DNA of 64,000 bases from an uncultured Prevotellaceae bacterium (GTDB taxonomy: Bacteria; Bacteroidota; Bacteroidia; Bacteroidales; Bacteroidaceae). The position numbers were made by a program, and so were the translations under genes. The notes under the pieces were generated by a model. It was not told the DNA's origin and did not search any database. It saw only the letters and a program-made list of their open reading frames with translations. Positions within the stretch are counted from its first letter, which is position 1. Every line of letters starts with the position of its first letter. Below are positions 18,890-34,464 of this stretch, piece after piece. The stretch is from the NCBI GenBank assembly GCA_900316475.1, contig ONDA01000023.1:15016-79015 (forward strand), read 5' to 3'.

Positions 18890-20628
18890 ATGTGTGGAAT
18901 AGTAGCAATATTAAACGTCAAGGAGCAGACACAGGCTCTGCGTGATAAAGCATTGAAGATGAGTCAGAAGATTCGCCATCGCGGACCCGACTGGAGCGGC
19001 ATCTACTGTGGCGGCAGTGCTATCCTTGCCCACGAACGGCTGAGCATCGTCGACCCGGAAAGCGGAGGGCAACCTTTGTTTTCGCCAGACAAGAAACAGG
19101 TCTTGGCTGTCAACGGCGAGATATACAACCACCAGGAGATTCGCCGCCGCTATGCCGGCCAGTACGAATTCCAGACTGGCAGCGACTGCGAGGTCATTCT
19201 GGCGTTGTACAGAAGCCTCACCCCCAGCCTCTCTCCGAAAGGCGAGGGGAGTGATTACACTCATGAGCAGATTTGTGAGATGCTGGAACAGTTGAGTGGA
19301 ATTTTTGCGTTTGTCTTGTACGACGAAGAGACTGACGTGTTCCTGATTGCCCGCGACCCCATCGGTGTGATTCCGCTTTATATCGGTTACGATGCCGATG
19401 GCAAGGTGTATGTGGCCTCCGAACTGAAAGCGCTCGAAGGACAGTGCGAGCACTACGAGCCGTTCCTGCCCGGTCATTACTATTGGAGTGCCGACCCAGG
19501 CATGAAGCGCTACTACAAGCGCGACTGGTTCAACTATGATGCCGTGAAGGATAATCCTGCTTCCGTAGAGGCTGTTCATGATGCCTTGGAGGATGCCGTC
19601 AGGCGCCAGCTGATGTCCGACGTGCCTTATGGCGTACTGCTCTCTGGCGGACTCGACTCCAGCGTCATCTCCGCCATCGCCGAGAAATACAGTGAGATGC
19701 GTATCGAGGACAACTCGAAAACCAAAGCCTACTGGCCCCGCCTGCACTCGTTTGCCGTGGGACTGAAAGGTGCACCCGACCTGGCCAAGGCAAAACTGGT
19801 GGCCGACCATATCGGCACCGTGCATCACGAAATCAACTACACCATCCAGGAAGGCCTCGATGCCATCCGCGACGTCATCTACTTCATCGAGACCTACGAC
19901 GTGACAACCGTCCGAGCCTCAACGCCGATGTATCTGCTGGCACGTGTCATCAAGTCGATGGGCATCAAGATGGTGCTCTCGGGTGAGGGTGCCGACGAGA
20001 TCTTCGGTGGCTATCTCTATTTCCACAAGGCGCCGACGGCCAAGGACTTCCACGAAGAGACCGTCCGCAAGCTCTCCAAGCTCTATATGTACGACTGTCT
20101 GCGCGCCAACAAGAGTCTGTCGGCCTGGGGCGTCGAGGGTCGTGTGCCGTTCCTCGACAAAGAGTTCCTCGACGTTGCCATGCGGACGAACCCCAAGGCC
20201 AAGATGTGTGGCCCCAGCTCCTCTCCAAAGGACGAGGGGAGTTTCATCATTGAGAAGAAGATTGTGCGCGAGGCCTTTGCCGACCTGCTACCCGACGAGG
20301 TGGCCTGGCGACAGAAAGAGCAGTTCAGCGACGGTGTGGGCTACTCATGGATTGACACGCTGAAACAGATGACCGCAGAAGCCGTCAGCGACGAGCAGAT
20401 GGCGCACGCCGCAGAGCGATTCCCCATCAACACGCCGAAGAACAAGGAGGAATACTACTACCGCAGCATCTTTGCCGAGCACTTCCCCAGCGACAGCGCG
20501 GCCAAGAGCGTGCCCTCAGAGGCCAGCGTGGCTTGCAGCACGGCCATCGCCCTGGAATGGGATGCCGCCTTCAAGGGCGTGAACGACCCCAGCGGCCGCG
20601 CCGTCAAGGGCGTTCACGAGCAGGCTTA

Positions 20629-20632
<4 letters not shown>
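18890..20632 (+). CDS. asnB: Asparagine synthetase B (glutamine-hydrolysing)
   Basis: MCGI, RHRGPDW, HERLSIVD, NGEIYN, LLSGGLDSS, SGEGADEIFGGY. Confidence 0.98.
19213..20245. repeat. Two palindromic repeat copies in frame in asnB (19213-19260, 20211-20245)
   Basis: Peptides SLTPSLSPKGEGSDYT and GPSSSPKDEGSF; the first shares GAGGGGAGTGATTACAC with the gltB 6521 copy. Confidence 0.8.
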
Positions 20633-24313
<3,681 letters not shown>

Positions 24314-24440
24314 ACGACTACGAAATTTGACGACTACGAAATTTGACGACTACGAATTACACGAATTATACGAATTATACGAATAGATTCCGAGGGGAAA
24401 AGACTGGATGGAAGTTCGTAAAATTCGTGTAATTCGTAGT
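24314..24440. repeat. Intergenic tandem and inverted ACGAATT-type repeat
   Basis: 16-bp tandem acgactacgaaatttg; 26-bp inverted arms 24349-24374 and 24415-24440 (1 mismatch). Confidence 0.8.
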
Positions 24441-24452
24441 AGAAGAAAGAAG

Positions 24453-24875
24453 ATGAGCAGTGAGGATTGTGAAGCGCTGTTGGTAGCGCACGACATTAAG
24501 CCGACGGCAAACCGCATTGTCGTGGCTAAGACATTGGCCGCCGCTGAGCGGCCAATGTCGTTATCGGAGCTGGAATACAAAATCCTGTCTATCGACAAGT
24601 CGGGCGTCTTCCGCGCACTGACGCTGTTCCGCGAGCACCATCTGGTACACGTCATCGAGGACGGCGGCGACGGCGTGCGCTACGAACTGTGCCACAGCCA
24701 CGACAGCCACGCCGAAGACGACGACCAGCACGTACACTTCTACTGCGAGCGCTGCCACCGCACATTCTGCCTGCACGACACCCCTATCCCAGCCGTACAA
24801 CTGCCTCATGGCTACCACCTGGCAAGCATCAACTACATGGCCAAGGGTCTATGCCCAGAATGCGCTTCCCACTAA
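24453..24875 (+). CDS. Fur-family metal-responsive repressor
   Basis: IKPTANR, SGVFRALTLF, HVHFYCERC, GLCPEC; start reassigned to MSSEDC. Confidence 0.9.
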   Translation: MSSEDCEALLVAHDIKPTANRIVVAKTLAAAERPMSLSELEYKILSIDKSGVFRALTLFREHHLVHVIEDGGDGVRYELCHSHDSHAEDDDQHVHFYCERCHRTFCLHDTPIPAVQLPHGYHLASINYMAKGLCPECASH

Positions 24876-25053
24876 TTTCCCCGTTACACCAACGGGCGCG
24901 GATATAGGGTCACAGTATAACAACTATATACCGTGCAATACTTGGGTATTTGCCTTTTTTATAGGCTTATCTGCGTTAATCTTCCAAAATTGCTTTGCCA
25001 CGTCAGCATTATTCCGTAACTTTGCAGGCTGAAAGAAAAAAACAGGATTTTTT

Positions 25054-27159
25054 ATGGAACAGAAACAGTATAAACGGACGACCGTGACGTCGGCCCTGCC
25101 CTATGCCAACGGCGGGGTACATATCGGTCACCTGGCTGGCGTCTACGTGCCGGCAGATATCTATGTGCGCTATCTTCGTCTGAAGAAGCGCGAGGTTCTT
25201 TTCATCGGCGGCTCCGACGAGCATGGCGTACCCATCACCGTGCGTGCCCGCAAGGAGGGCATCACGCCGCAGGACGTTGTGGACCGCTACCACAAGATGA
25301 TTAAGGACTCGTTCGAGGAGTTCGGCATCTCGTTCGACATTTACAGCCGCACCACCTCGGAGACCCACCATAAGTTTGCTGCCGACTGGTTCCGCAAGCT
25401 CTATGACGAGGGCAAGCTCGTGGAAGAGACCACCGAGCAGCTCTACGACGAGGAAGCGAAGCAGTTTCTGGCCGACCGCTACGTCGTGGGCGAGTGCCCC
25501 CACTGCCACAGCGAAGGAGCCTACGGCGACCAGTGCGAGAAATGCGGCCGCGACCTCTCGCCCACGGAGCTGATAAACCCCCGGTCGACCATCAGCGGTT
25601 CGACACCCGTACTGAAGAAGACCAAGAACTGGTACTTGCCGCTGAACGAGTATCAGGACTGGTTGAAGCAGTGGATACTGGAGGAGCACAAGGAGTGGCG
25701 TCCGAATGTCTACGGCCAGTGCAAGTCGTGGCTCGACATGGACCTGCAGCCCCGCGCCATGACTCGCGACCTGGACTGGGGTATCCCCGTGCCCGTGGAA
25801 GGAGCCGACGGCAAGGTGCTCTACGTATGGTTCGACGCCCCCATCGGCTATGTGTCGAACACGGTAGAACTGTGTGAGAAGGAGCCAGAGAAATGGGGTG
25901 ACTGGCGCAAGTGGTGGCAGGACGAGGACACCCGTCTGGTACACTTCATCGGCAAGGACAACATCGTGTTCCACTGCATCATCTTCCCCACGATGATGAA
26001 GGCCTGGAACGACGCAAACAAGCTCTCCTCCCTCGGAGGGACCGGGAGAGGCTTCATCATGCCCGACAACGTGCCCGCCAACGAGTTCCTGAACCTGGAG
26101 AACGACAAGATTTCGACCTCAAGGAACTGGGCCGTCTGGCTGCACGAATACCTGGAGGACATGCCCGGCAAGCAGGACGTACTGCGCTACGTGCTGACCG
26201 CCAATGCCCCGGAAACGAAGGACAACAACTTCACGTGGAAGGATTTCCAAGACCGCAACAACAACGAGCTGGTGGCCGTCTATGGCAATTTTGTCAACCG
26301 TGCCCTGCAGCTGACGAAGAAATACTGGAACGGCGTCGTTCCCGCCTGCGGCGAACTGACCGACGTTGACCGTCAAGCCCTGGAGGAGTTCAAGGACGTG
26401 AAGGCCAAGGTGGAAAACCTGCTGGAGCAGTTCAAGTTCCGCGACGCACAGTTTGAGGCCATGAACCTGGCCCGCATCGGCAACAAGTACATCACCGACT
26501 GCGAGCCGTGGAAAGTGTGGAAGACCGACCCGAAGCGCTGCAAAACCATCCTGAACATCTGTCTGCAACTGACGGCCAACCTCGCTATTGCCTTCGAGCC
26601 GTTCCTGCCGTTCTCGAGTAAAAAACTCCGCGAGATGCTTAACATCGACAGCTTTGAGTGGGAGCAGCTGGGCAGCACCGACCTGTTGCAGGCTGGCCAC
26701 CAGTTAGGCGAGCCGCAGCTGCTGTTCGAGAAGATTGAGGACGACGTCATACAGAAGCAGCTCGACAAGCTGGAAGCCACCAAGAAAGCCAATGAGGCTG
26801 CCGCCTTCAAGCCTGCTGACATCAAGGAAACGGTTAGCTTCGAGGACTTTGAGAAGCTCGACATCCGTGTGGGCTTGGTGAAGGACTGCCAAAAGGTGAA
26901 GAAGTCGAAGAAGCTCCTGCAGTTCACCATCGATGACGGTTCAGGCACCGACCGCACCATCTGCTCGGGCATCGCCCAGTTCTACGACGACCCGTCGGCG
27001 CTCGTGGGCAAGCGCATCCTCTTCGTGGCCAACTTCGCGCCGCGCACGATGATGGGCATCGAGAGCCAGGGCATGATTCTCTCGGCCGTCGATGCCGACG
27101 AGAGCCTGAGCGTAGTCACCACGACGAAAGACGTCAAGCCCGGCTGTCAGGTGGGATGA
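25054..27159 (+). CDS. metG: Methionyl-tRNA synthetase with C-terminal tRNA-binding domain
   Basis: [38 protein letters not shown]. Confidence 0.98.
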   Translation: MEQKQYKRTTVTSALPYANGGVHIGHLAGVYVPADIYVRYLRLKKREVLFIGGSDEHGVPITVRARKEGITPQDVVDRYHKMIKDSFEEFGISFDIYSRTTSETHHKFAADWFRKLYDEGKLVEETTEQLYDEEAKQFLADRYVVGECPHCHSEGAYGDQCEKCGRDLSPTELINPRSTISGSTPVLKKTKNWYLPLNEYQDWLKQWILEEHKEWRPNVYGQCKSWLDMDLQPRAMTRDLDWGIPVPVEGADGKVLYVWFDAPIGYVSNTVELCEKEPEKWGDWRKWWQDEDTRLVHFIGKDNIVFHCIIFPTMMKAWNDANKLSSLGGTGRGFIMPDNVPANEFLNLENDKISTSRNWAVWLHEYLEDMPGKQDVLRYVLTANAPETKDNNFTWKDFQDRNNNELVAVYGNFVNRALQLTKKYWNGVVPACGELTDVDRQALEEFKDVKAKVENLLEQFKFRDAQFEAMNLARIGNKYITDCEPWKVWKTDPKRCKTILNICLQLTANLAIAFEPFLPFSSKKLREMLNIDSFEWEQLGSTDLLQAGHQLGEPQLLFEKIEDDVIQKQLDKLEATKKANEAAAFKPADIKETVSFEDFEKLDIRVGLVKDCQKVKKSKKLLQFTIDDGSGTDRTICSGIAQFYDDPSALVGKRILFVANFAPRTMMGIESQGMILSAVDADESLSVVTTTKDVKPGCQVG
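26020..26054. repeat. Palindromic repeat copy in frame in metG
   Basis: aagctctcctccctcggagggaccgggagaggctt; peptide [12 protein letters not shown]. Confidence 0.75.
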
Positions 27160-27199
27160 TCCGTTCTGACGGACAAGCGCTCTGAAAAGTCAGAAACGG

Positions 27200-28660
27200 A
27201 TGGACACATTGAAGGAGAAGACCGCTAAAGGTCTGTTCTGGGGTGGACTAAGCAACGTGTTGCAGCAGATGCTGAACCTTGTGTTTGGCATCTTTCTGGC
27301 ACGGTTGCTGAGCACTGAGGATTATGGTCTGGTGGGTATGCTCACCATCTTCTCCCTTGTGGCAAACTCATTGCAGGAGGGCGGGTTCATCTCAGCTCTG
27401 AACAGGCGGAAGGAGGCGAGTCACAAGGATTATAACGCCGTGTTCTGGACTTGCACGCTGACGAGCCTTCTCCTTTATGTCATTTTCGCTCTCTGTACCC
27501 CCCTTATAGCGCGCTTCTATCACGAGCCACGGCTTGTGCCCTTGGCGCGCTATATCTTTCTTGGCTTTTTCATCTCAAGTCTTGGCATTGCGCCACGGGC
27601 CATCCTCTTCCGGAACATGAAGGTTCGCGAGACGGCCATCGTGAACTTCGTCGGTCTTCTGCTGTCGGGAATCGTGGGGGTGTGTATGGCCGCAGCGGAC
27701 TTTGCCTACTGGGGCATAGCGACCCAGTCTCTTGTATATGTAGGCGTCACGACGGGTCTTAACTTCTGGTATGCCCGCTGGCATCCCACGCTGCCTGTGG
27801 ATTTCTCTCCGGTACGTGAGATGATAGGCTTCAGCAGCAAGCTGATAGTCACCAGTCTGGTGGTGATATTCAACACGAATATGTTTTCCGTCATTCTGGG
27901 ACGTAAATTCCCGGCCAGTGTGGTTGGCAATTACACACAAGCCAACAAGTGGAACAATATGGGGTGGTTGCTCATCAACAACATGCTCAGCGGCATAGCT
28001 CAGCCAGTACTGGCTAAAACCGACGACGAACCCGAACGCCAGAAACGTATCTTCAGGAAACTGCTGCGCTTTACCGCCTTTGTCAGTTTTCCCGCTATGC
28101 TTGGCCTGGCACTGGTGTCACACGAGTTTATTGTCATCCTGCTTGGCGAGAAGTGGCTTGACAGTGCCCTCATCCTTCAGTGGCTGTGCGTGATGGGTGC
28201 TTTCTACCCGCTATCCAACCTGTTTTCCTATTACATGGTCAGCCATGGCCAGTCTTCACGCTTCATGTGGTGTCACACCGCTTTAGGAGCGGTTCAGTTG
28301 GCGGCGGTCTTCGTCTCGGCGCCCTACGGGATGGGGATGATGATTAAGGTGTATGTAGGAATAGCTGTCGGCTGGTTTTGGGTGTGGTATCGGCTGTCGC
28401 GGAACTGGATAGGTCTTACGCTATATGAAGTGGTGAAGGACATTTCGCCCTATTTCTTCATTACTGTAGCATTGGTGTTTTCGGCGCAAGTCATTACGGA
28501 GCCCATAGCGAGCATTTACATCAGGTTTGCTGCCAAGGTGCTGTTTGTGGCATCGCTCTACGTTCTGGTACTGTGGCTCTTAGGTTCGGCCATATTCCGT
28601 GAGAGTCTCGATTTTTTCGAAAGCAAAGTAAAATTTCCTTTTAAAAAGCACGCACAATGA
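27200..28660 (+). CDS. Polysaccharide flippase (Wzx/PST family)
   Basis: LKEKTAKGLFWGG, LARLLSTEDYGL, multiple TM segments. Confidence 0.9.
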   Translation: MDTLKEKTAKGLFWGGLSNVLQQMLNLVFGIFLARLLSTEDYGLVGMLTIFSLVANSLQEGGFISALNRRKEASHKDYNAVFWTCTLTSLLLYVIFALCTPLIARFYHEPRLVPLARYIFLGFFISSLGIAPRAILFRNMKVRETAIVNFVGLLLSGIVGVCMAAADFAYWGIATQSLVYVGVTTGLNFWYARWHPTLPVDFSPVREMIGFSSKLIVTSLVVIFNTNMFSVILGRKFPASVVGNYTQANKWNNMGWLLINNMLSGIAQPVLAKTDDEPERQKRIFRKLLRFTAFVSFPAMLGLALVSHEFIVILLGEKWLDSALILQWLCVMGAFYPLSNLFSYYMVSHGQSSRFMWCHTALGAVQLAAVFVSAPYGMGMMIKVYVGIAVGWFWVWYRLSRNWIGLTLYEVVKDISPYFFITVALVFSAQVITEPIASIYIRFAAKVLFVASLYVLVLWLLGSAIFRESLDFFESKVKFPFKKHAQ

Positions 28661-29649
28661 GTTTGAATTTCTACCATAAGGCCCTAACGGCAGGACGTCG
28701 TATTTATACTAAATACTGGTACCCGAAGACATCGTTGCTCACCTTTGAGTCAGACCCTGACAGGGCTGGAGACAGAATCTACGAACTGCTGGCAAGTGGC
28801 AAACCTTGCATGATAGCCAGATACGGTGCCAACGAACTGACGACCGTGTTCAACTATTTGGGCATTACGGAACATCGGGGAGATGCATGGGGGTATATGA
28901 CGCGAAAGAATGGTCCCTGGTGGTGGAACAAGCACATATTGATGCAGATGAAGCATGTAGCAGGTTTCTTCCCCATAGACAATGAACATCTATACCGCTT
29001 TAGCGAGATGATGCTTGAAGACTCGCAGCAGGTAGACATCCTGGGAAGCTGGCTGAATGAAGAGATTGCCGTCAGCCATCTATTAAAGAATGCCTACAAG
29101 GTAGCCCTCCCCTGTTTAGAACCCTGGCTTGCCAAAAAGCCTTGGAGCAGGGCTTTGGAAGGCAGGAAGGTGCTTGTCGTTCATCCTTTTGATGAACTGA
29201 TACGCCGGCAATATGAAAAGCGGCGGTTGTTGTTCTCCGACAATGTGCTTCCTACTTTTAAAGAGCTCCATGTCATCAAAGCCGTACAAAGCTATGGGAA
29301 TAATAGTGAATCATGTGGATATGACGACTGGTTTTCTGCCTTACATTGGATGGAGCAAGAAATGGACAAGAGCGAGTACGACGTCTGCATATTAGGATGC
29401 GGAGCCTATGGTTTTCCGTTAGCAGCCTATGCCAAGCGCCAAGGTAAGCAGGCCATCCATCTTGGTGGCGTCAGCCAGTTGCTGTTTGGCATCACAGGCC
29501 ATCGCTGGCTTAATCCGATGCACGGTGTAGAGCGATGGGGACTGCCCAAGGGCTTCTACGTCAACCTGATGAACGAGCATTGGATAAGACCTGACGCCAC
29601 CACCAAACCCAAGGACTCCGACAAGGTGGAGGGGAACTGCTATTGGTGA
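28657..29649 (+). CDS. Conserved polysaccharide-locus protein, possibly a glycosyltransferase
   Basis: ILGCGAYGFPLAAYAKRQGKQAIHLGG motif; coupled to wzx. Confidence 0.6.
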   Translation: MSLNFYHKALTAGRRIYTKYWYPKTSLLTFESDPDRAGDRIYELLASGKPCMIARYGANELTTVFNYLGITEHRGDAWGYMTRKNGPWWWNKHILMQMKHVAGFFPIDNEHLYRFSEMMLEDSQQVDILGSWLNEEIAVSHLLKNAYKVALPCLEPWLAKKPWSRALEGRKVLVVHPFDELIRRQYEKRRLLFSDNVLPTFKELHVIKAVQSYGNNSESCGYDDWFSALHWMEQEMDKSEYDVCILGCGAYGFPLAAYAKRQGKQAIHLGGVSQLLFGITGHRWLNPMHGVERWGLPKGFYVNLMNEHWIRPDATTKPKDSDKVEGNCYW

Positions 29650-29656
29650 GGGCTGC

Positions 29657-30751
29657 TTATCCCCTTCCGAAGAGCCACTTCTTGAAGAACGGACTGACGC
29701 GCAGGATGTTCGACGCTATGATGCTGAAGCCGATGACGATGAGGGCTATCAGTAGTGAGAGTGTAGTGTCAATGGCGAAATTGTGGCGATACTGGTTGAA
29801 GTAGGTGCCGATGGTAGGCAGGTTGGGCATGAAAAGGAAGTGGATGAGATAGATGTCGAGCGTGCGTCGGCCGATATACTGCAAGCTGGCGCCGATGACC
29901 GTCCGCTGCGTAAAGTACTGGTGGTAGTGGCGGAAGTACATAAAGACTATCGTCAACAGCGAGATGCGTGCCAACGTCAGTGGTATGACGGCCCAGGCAG
30001 CGTGTAGCCAATGCCATTTCTGTGAGTCGAGCCAAGCATACATAGCCAGCATGACAAGTGCAGGATAGAACCACTTGGAGTCCATGAGGCGTTGAGCCTG
30101 GTCCCAGTAGCGGCGTACCACGTTGCCATAGACGAAATAAGGGAAGTACATGAAGAGCTGCCCGAAGCTGCTGTAGTTCATAAACTCGTTGCCCGGTCCC
30201 TTTCTTCCCTGTGCCCAGCTGAAGTATTGAGGCTGGTAGCAGGTGTCGTAGCAGACCAGCGAGATGACGAAGAGCACGGCTATGGGCAGCCACGAAGGCA
30301 TCTTCGGGAAATGCTTCTTCAGTAACTCCTCAACGTAGCAGAACAAGTAGTAGACGATGAACATATAAAGCAGCACGATGGTGAACCAGTAGCCGCCCTT
30401 CGTCGGCAGTGCTAACCATTTCAGTGTCGTGGGCAGAAAATAGCCGCCCAGGATAGCTACGCCAAAGAAGAAGAAAACGACGGTTGGTATGGTCTGCACC
30501 CTGATTTTCTTCAGCAGCAGACTTTTGAGCGTGCCCATATTCCACACCAGCCCTGCCTTGTAAGCCAGGAAACCACTGACGAAGAAGAACAGCGGCATAC
30601 GGAAAAGGACGAGGAAGCGCATTGAAGACGACAAATTGTGCTGCTCGGAGAATCCGATAAGTGCTACGTGATAGGCTACAACAAGAATCATCGTGAACCC
30701 TCTGAGAGCGTCCAACCATTCCAACCGGGGCTTCTTTGCTACTGTTTCCAT
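29657..30751 (-). CDS. Acyltransferase family 3 (OafA-like) membrane protein
   Basis: RLEWLDALRG, FRMPLFFFVSG, YWF, LDIYLIH; start reassigned to 30751. Confidence 0.9.
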   Translation of the reverse strand: METVAKKPRLEWLDALRGFTMILVVAYHVALIGFSEQHNLSSSMRFLVLFRMPLFFFVSGFLAYKAGLVWNMGTLKSLLLKKIRVQTIPTVVFFFFGVAILGGYFLPTTLKWLALPTKGGYWFTIVLLYMFIVYYLFCYVEELLKKHFPKMPSWLPIAVLFVISLVCYDTCYQPQYFSWAQGRKGPGNEFMNYSSFGQLFMYFPYFVYGNVVRRYWDQAQRLMDSKWFYPALVMLAMYAWLDSQKWHWLHAAWAVIPLTLARISLLTIVFMYFRHYHQYFTQRTVIGASLQYIGRRTLDIYLIHFLFMPNLPTIGTYFNQYRHNFAIDTTLSLLIALIVIGFSIIASNILRVSPFFKKWLFGRG

Positions 30752-30784
30752 ACGTATGTGTTCTGTTTTTAAGTTTTTTTGGTG

Positions 30785-30823
30785 CAAAGATACAAAATAT
30801 TTCATAATAAATTCATACCTTTG
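30785..30823. promoter_or_regulatory. Overlapping divergent -7 promoter boxes (30785-30792 minus; 30816-30823 plus)
   Basis: TATCTTTG and TACCTTTG both match TAnnTTTG. Confidence 0.65.
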
Positions 30824-30845
30824 CAGCAAAAATGCGAAAAAGCTC

Positions 30846-32012
30846 ATGGAGGATTTGAGAATAGCGCTTCTGAAGCAGGATGTCTATCAGGATTTGTACG
30901 TTTGTCCTGTCACCGAGAAATCGGCAGCCAACGTACTGTTCAGCTCAATGATGCGGGTGGGACCTATTGGTCTGGTGAGCGACCTGCGAGCCGACTTCTA
31001 TATTGTCAAGGAAGAGCCAGCCCCCGAAACGCAGATTTACAAAAAGGTAATCCCTCATATCGTCTGGATGCTGCCGCTGCTGAAGACGAAGCCGTTGAAC
31101 CAGGTGCCGGGCTATGAAAAATGGCAGTTGGAGACCGACCATGCCAATGGCGACTTCTCCGTCGACTGCCATGACGTAGACTGGGGGCAGTATGATGTCG
31201 TCATTTCCGTCAATGTCTGTCTGCCTACGGAGGTGGTGAAGCAGTACCCTAAGACCCTCTTTGCCTATATGATTGGTGAGGCAAATATGGCTATGGGCAA
31301 GGCACGCTTCGGCTACGACATCACGCTGAACCAAATGGCACGCGGTATAGTGGCCAACGGCTTAGGTGAGGTGGACTTCCCCTATACCTTCGTGGGGCGT
31401 GACACCCTGGAGCGCATCATTCATTCCAAGGTAAGACGCGCTTCGAAGCGCGATGGCGTGTTTGTGGAAATCAACTCCGTGGCCAAGGACCGTGATAAGG
31501 TGCCGCCTCAGTTCCTGCCTATTCAGGAAGCAGGCTACGCCATCCACCTGCACAAGCCGAAAATCAGTGACAACCTGATGACCATCTACGACTCAAAATA
31601 CTTCGTAAAGATTGGCGGACGCCCCATCCGTGGCAACTCCGTGGCAGAGGCCGTGTCGTTAGGTACATTGGCCATTATGAACCGCGACGAGGTGACCCAC
31701 GGCGAACTGATTATCGACGAGTGTAATGTCGGTACGTCAGAGGAAGTGCTTCAGCTGATGCGCCGCCTCGATGCCGACGACGCCCTTTACGAGCGTCTGT
31801 TGGAGAAGCAGAGGCAGGCGCTCCACCACCTGTTCTTCGAGACGCCCGTTGAGTCGCTGCGCAACTGTCTCAACATCAAGCGGCAGATGAAGCCACGGCG
31901 CTACAGCCTATGGGATAAACTTGGGGACCTCCTCTATCTGAAAGGCTGCGACGTCTACAACTTTCTGAAGGAGAAGAAGCGCTGGTTAAAAAGCTTGAAG
32001 AAGAACAAATAA
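30846..32012 (+). CDS. Hypothetical protein heading the phosphonate operon
   Basis: 388-aa ORF behind a -7 box; no family recognised; start reassigned to MEDLRI. Confidence 0.6.
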   Translation: MEDLRIALLKQDVYQDLYVCPVTEKSAANVLFSSMMRVGPIGLVSDLRADFYIVKEEPAPETQIYKKVIPHIVWMLPLLKTKPLNQVPGYEKWQLETDHANGDFSVDCHDVDWGQYDVVISVNVCLPTEVVKQYPKTLFAYMIGEANMAMGKARFGYDITLNQMARGIVANGLGEVDFPYTFVGRDTLERIIHSKVRRASKRDGVFVEINSVAKDRDKVPPQFLPIQEAGYAIHLHKPKISDNLMTIYDSKYFVKIGGRPIRGNSVAEAVSLGTLAIMNRDEVTHGELIIDECNVGTSEEVLQLMRRLDADDALYERLLEKQRQALHHLFFETPVESLRNCLNIKRQMKPRRYSLWDKLGDLLYLKGCDVYNFLKEKKRWLKSLKKNK

Positions 32013-32031
32013 CAGTAAGAACAGAATATAT

Positions 32032-33339
32032 ATGGAAAAAGAAAAGATAGTTTACGTCGGCATGAGTGCCGACATCATACACCCGGGACATCTCAACATC
32101 CTGCATGAAGCCCAGAAATACGGACGCGTCATCGTGGGCGTACTGACCGACGCGGCCATTGCCAGCTACAAGCGGCTGCCCTACTTGAACTACGAACAGC
32201 GCTCGCTGATAGTCAGTGACCTGAAAGGCGTTTCAGAGGTGATACCCCAGACGACGCTTGACTACCGCCCGAATCTGGAGAAAATCAAACCAGACTACGT
32301 GGTTCACGGCGACGACTGGAAACAGGGTGTACAGGCAAAGACCCGTCAGCAGATTATCGAGAAGCTGGCGGAATGGGGCGGCAAGGTCATAGACGTGCCC
32401 TACACCAAAGGTATATCCTCGACGATGCTGAATGAGCGTCTGAAGGAAATCGGCACGACGCCCGACGTCCGTCTGAAGCGTCTCCGCCGGCTCATTGGTG
32501 CCAAGAAGATTGTGCGATTCTGCGAGTCGCACAGCGGACTGACAGGTCTGATTATCGAGAACACATCGGTGATGATTAACAATATGAAACACGAGTTCGA
32601 CGGTATGTGGGCCAGTTCGCTAACCGACTCGACGTCAAAAGGCAAGCCCGACATCGAGGCCGTTGACCTGACGACACGACTGCACGACCTGAACGACGCT
32701 TTGGAGGTGACCACCAAGCCCGTCATCTTCGACGGCGATACGGGGGGCAAGCCAGAACATCTGGCCTTTTCCGTGCGCACGCTGGAACGACTGGGCATCT
32801 CGGCGATTATCATCGAGGACAAAGTAGGACTGAAGAAGAACTCTCTCTTCGGCACGGAGGTGAAACAGGAACAAGACACCATAGAGGGTTTCTGCGAGAA
32901 AATACGTTCAGGCAAACGGGCACAGATAACCAGCGACTTCATGCTGATAGCCCGTATTGAGAGCCTCATTGCCGGCAAGGGCATTGACGATGCTATGGAG
33001 CGCGCCTTGGCCTATATCGAGGCAGGGGCCGACGGCATCATGATTCACAGCAAAGAACAGACGGGCGAGGACATCAAGGAGTTCTGCCAGCGATTGCGAG
33101 CTAAGAACGCCTCTGTGCCCATTGTGGTAGTGCCTACGACTTACAACCAGATTACCGAGGACGAACTGGCTTCTTGGGGCGTCAACGTCGTCATCTATGC
33201 CAACCACTTGCTGCGCGCTGCCTACCCGGCAATGGTACAGTGTGCCAAGTCTATTCTGGCCAACGGCCGCTCATACGAAGCCAACAGTCTATGTATGCCC
33301 ATCAAGGAAATCTTAGAACTTATTCCCGGCACGAAATGA
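32032..33339 (+). CDS. aepX: Phosphoenolpyruvate mutase with N-terminal cytidylyltransferase domain
   Basis: [10 protein letters not shown] matches the PEP mutase EDKxxxxxNS signature; N-term DIIHPGH (HxGH) TagD-like domain. Confidence 0.96.
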   Translation: MEKEKIVYVGMSADIIHPGHLNILHEAQKYGRVIVGVLTDAAIASYKRLPYLNYEQRSLIVSDLKGVSEVIPQTTLDYRPNLEKIKPDYVVHGDDWKQGVQAKTRQQIIEKLAEWGGKVIDVPYTKGISSTMLNERLKEIGTTPDVRLKRLRRLIGAKKIVRFCESHSGLTGLIIENTSVMINNMKHEFDGMWASSLTDSTSKGKPDIEAVDLTTRLHDLNDALEVTTKPVIFDGDTGGKPEHLAFSVRTLERLGISAIIIEDKVGLKKNSLFGTEVKQEQDTIEGFCEKIRSGKRAQITSDFMLIARIESLIAGKGIDDAMERALAYIEAGADGIMIHSKEQTGEDIKEFCQRLRAKNASVPIVVVPTTYNQITEDELASWGVNVVIYANHLLRAAYPAMVQCAKSILANGRSYEANSLCMPIKEILELIPGTK

Positions 33340-34463
33340 TACGTCCTTCATTCTTCTACGATACCCTGGCATCCAACGGCATAAACTTCTATGCCGGCGT
33401 GCCCGACTCCCTGTTGAAGCAACTCTGTGCCTACATCACAGACCATGCCGATGCCACGCATAACATTATCGCTGCCAACGAGGGCGGTGCACTGGGTGTG
33501 GCCGCAGGGCACTATCTGGCCACGCGCCAGATTCCCGTCGTCTATATGCAGAACTCAGGCGAGGGAAACATCATTAACCCGCTGGCGTCGCTGACCGACA
33601 AGGATGTGTACAACATTCCCGTCCTGCTGCTGATAGGCTGGCGCGGACGTCCCGGCGTACACGACGAGCCGCAGCACGTGAAACAGGGGAAGGTGACGCT
33701 GACACTGCTGGAGACGATGGGCGTCAGGTATGAGGTGCTTAGCAAGGACGAGGTTCAGGCGGCAGCGCAGGTCAAGGCGGCCGTCGACTATATGCACGAG
33801 ACAGGTGAGGTTTTTGCGCTGGTCGTTGAAAAGGACACGTTCGATAGCTATGCGCTACAGAATGTCGTGATTAACTACTTGACGATGACACGTGAAGACG
33901 CCATTCAGACCGTGGCGGCGGCATTAGCCCCACGGGACGTGATAGTGTCAACAACGGGCATGATCAGCCGCGAACTCTTCGAATACCGTACGGCGAAAGG
34001 CGAAGGTCACGAGCGCGACTTCCTGACAGTTGGCTCCATGGGGCACGCCAGTCAGATAGCATTGGGTATCGCTATGGAGAAGCCAGAGCGCCGCGTTTGG
34101 TGCTTCGACGGCGACGGTGCTGCCATTATGCACATGGGCGGTTTGGCTATCGTGGCCAGCAAGCGCCCTCGGAATTATGTTCACGTCGTCTTTAATAATG
34201 GTGCTCACGACTCTGTTGGCGGCCAGCCAACGGTAGGTCTCGACATCGACTTGCCCGCCATAGCCAAGGCCGTGGGCTATGCCCATGCCTATAGCGTCAG
34301 TACACTGGAGGAACTGACGGCACGGTTGGACGACGTAAAGCAACAGGCAGGGCCGATGCTGCTACAGGTGTGTGTGAAGAAGGGCAACCGCAAGGATTTG
34401 GGCCGTCCCACGACCACGCCTGTACAGAACAAGGAAGCCCTGATGGATTTTTTGGAGGACTGA
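33336..34463 (+). CDS. aepY: Phosphonopyruvate decarboxylase
   Basis: [47 protein letters not shown]; ATGA overlap with aepX. Confidence 0.95.
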   Translation: MIRPSFFYDTLASNGINFYAGVPDSLLKQLCAYITDHADATHNIIAANEGGALGVAAGHYLATRQIPVVYMQNSGEGNIINPLASLTDKDVYNIPVLLLIGWRGRPGVHDEPQHVKQGKVTLTLLETMGVRYEVLSKDEVQAAAQVKAAVDYMHETGEVFALVVEKDTFDSYALQNVVINYLTMTREDAIQTVAAALAPRDVIVSTTGMISRELFEYRTAKGEGHERDFLTVGSMGHASQIALGIAMEKPERRVWCFDGDGAAIMHMGGLAIVASKRPRNYVHVVFNNGAHDSVGGQPTVGLDIDLPAIAKAVGYAHAYSVSTLEELTARLDDVKQQAGPMLLQVCVKKGNRKDLGRPTTTPVQNKEALMDFLED

Positions 34464-34464
34464 T

